Shown here in pieces: positions 63,727 to 64,000 of a stretch of DNA of 64,000 nucleotides. The position numbers and the translations under genes are program-made. The first letter of the stretch is position 1. Each line of letters starts with the position of its first letter. The notes below the pieces were generated by a model. That model was not told the DNA's origin and searched no databases. It saw nothing but the letters and a program-made list of their open reading frames with translations. This DNA comes from Tubulanus polymorphus (taxonomy: Eukaryota > Animalia > Nemertea), in contig NC_134033.1 of assembly GCF_964204645.1 (NCBI RefSeq), positions 12,346,655-12,410,654 on the forward strand, given 5' to 3'.

Positions 63727-64000
63727 GCAATTTAAGTTTCTGAAAAAAATGTTCCTCTTGGAAATACTGCGTATATATAAAATGGATGATTACGGGAAAC
63801 GTCGGCAGTGTCTTTGAAGTGGAATGAGTTTAGAATAAGAGCGCATTGATTCTGATTGATCTCGCATCGGTGGAATGCAACAGCGCGATGCAGCAGCAGC
63901 GGCTGCAGCACGCCGGGTGCAATTTAGCGGCAGCGGTAATTTAGACTTTTTTCTACGCGGCACATTACCTCGCGTTACCCGCGCATCGTCTCAAAGAAAA

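Overview
Eukaryotic (invertebrate animal, probably lophotrochozoan-like; inferred from gene family, spliceosomal introns and lack of CpG depletion) genomic DNA, not prokaryotic. The first 9 kb hold one intact three-exon gene (673-1920, 3488-4810, 5581-8814; 1934 aa) for a GRL101-like LRR-GPCR with a very long CUB/C-type-lectin/LDLa/LRR ectodomain. At 12052-12210 is a convincing first coding exon of a secreted Cys-rich (anosmin-1/fend-like) protein whose nearby downstream exon candidates look disrupted. An intron-containing tRNA-Tyr(GUA) variant lies at 19352-19443 (-). The remaining ~45 kb contain no recognisable protein-coding exon; nearly all short ORFs in the track there are noise. That region nonetheless contains (i) textbook recursive-splice (ratchet) sites, polypyrimidine-YAG|GTAAGT, at 33168 and 63720, suggesting a giant + strand intron removed stepwise; (ii) three sequence families of short elements carrying minimal type I hammerhead-ribozyme cores, one flanked by a 13-bp direct repeat and two arranged as fold-back palindromes; (iii) a same-orientation cluster of CTCF-consensus motifs; and (iv) a Harbinger-type MITE family, LINE 3' remnants, SINE-like heads and mini/microsatellites. 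All calls were made by eye without database searches.
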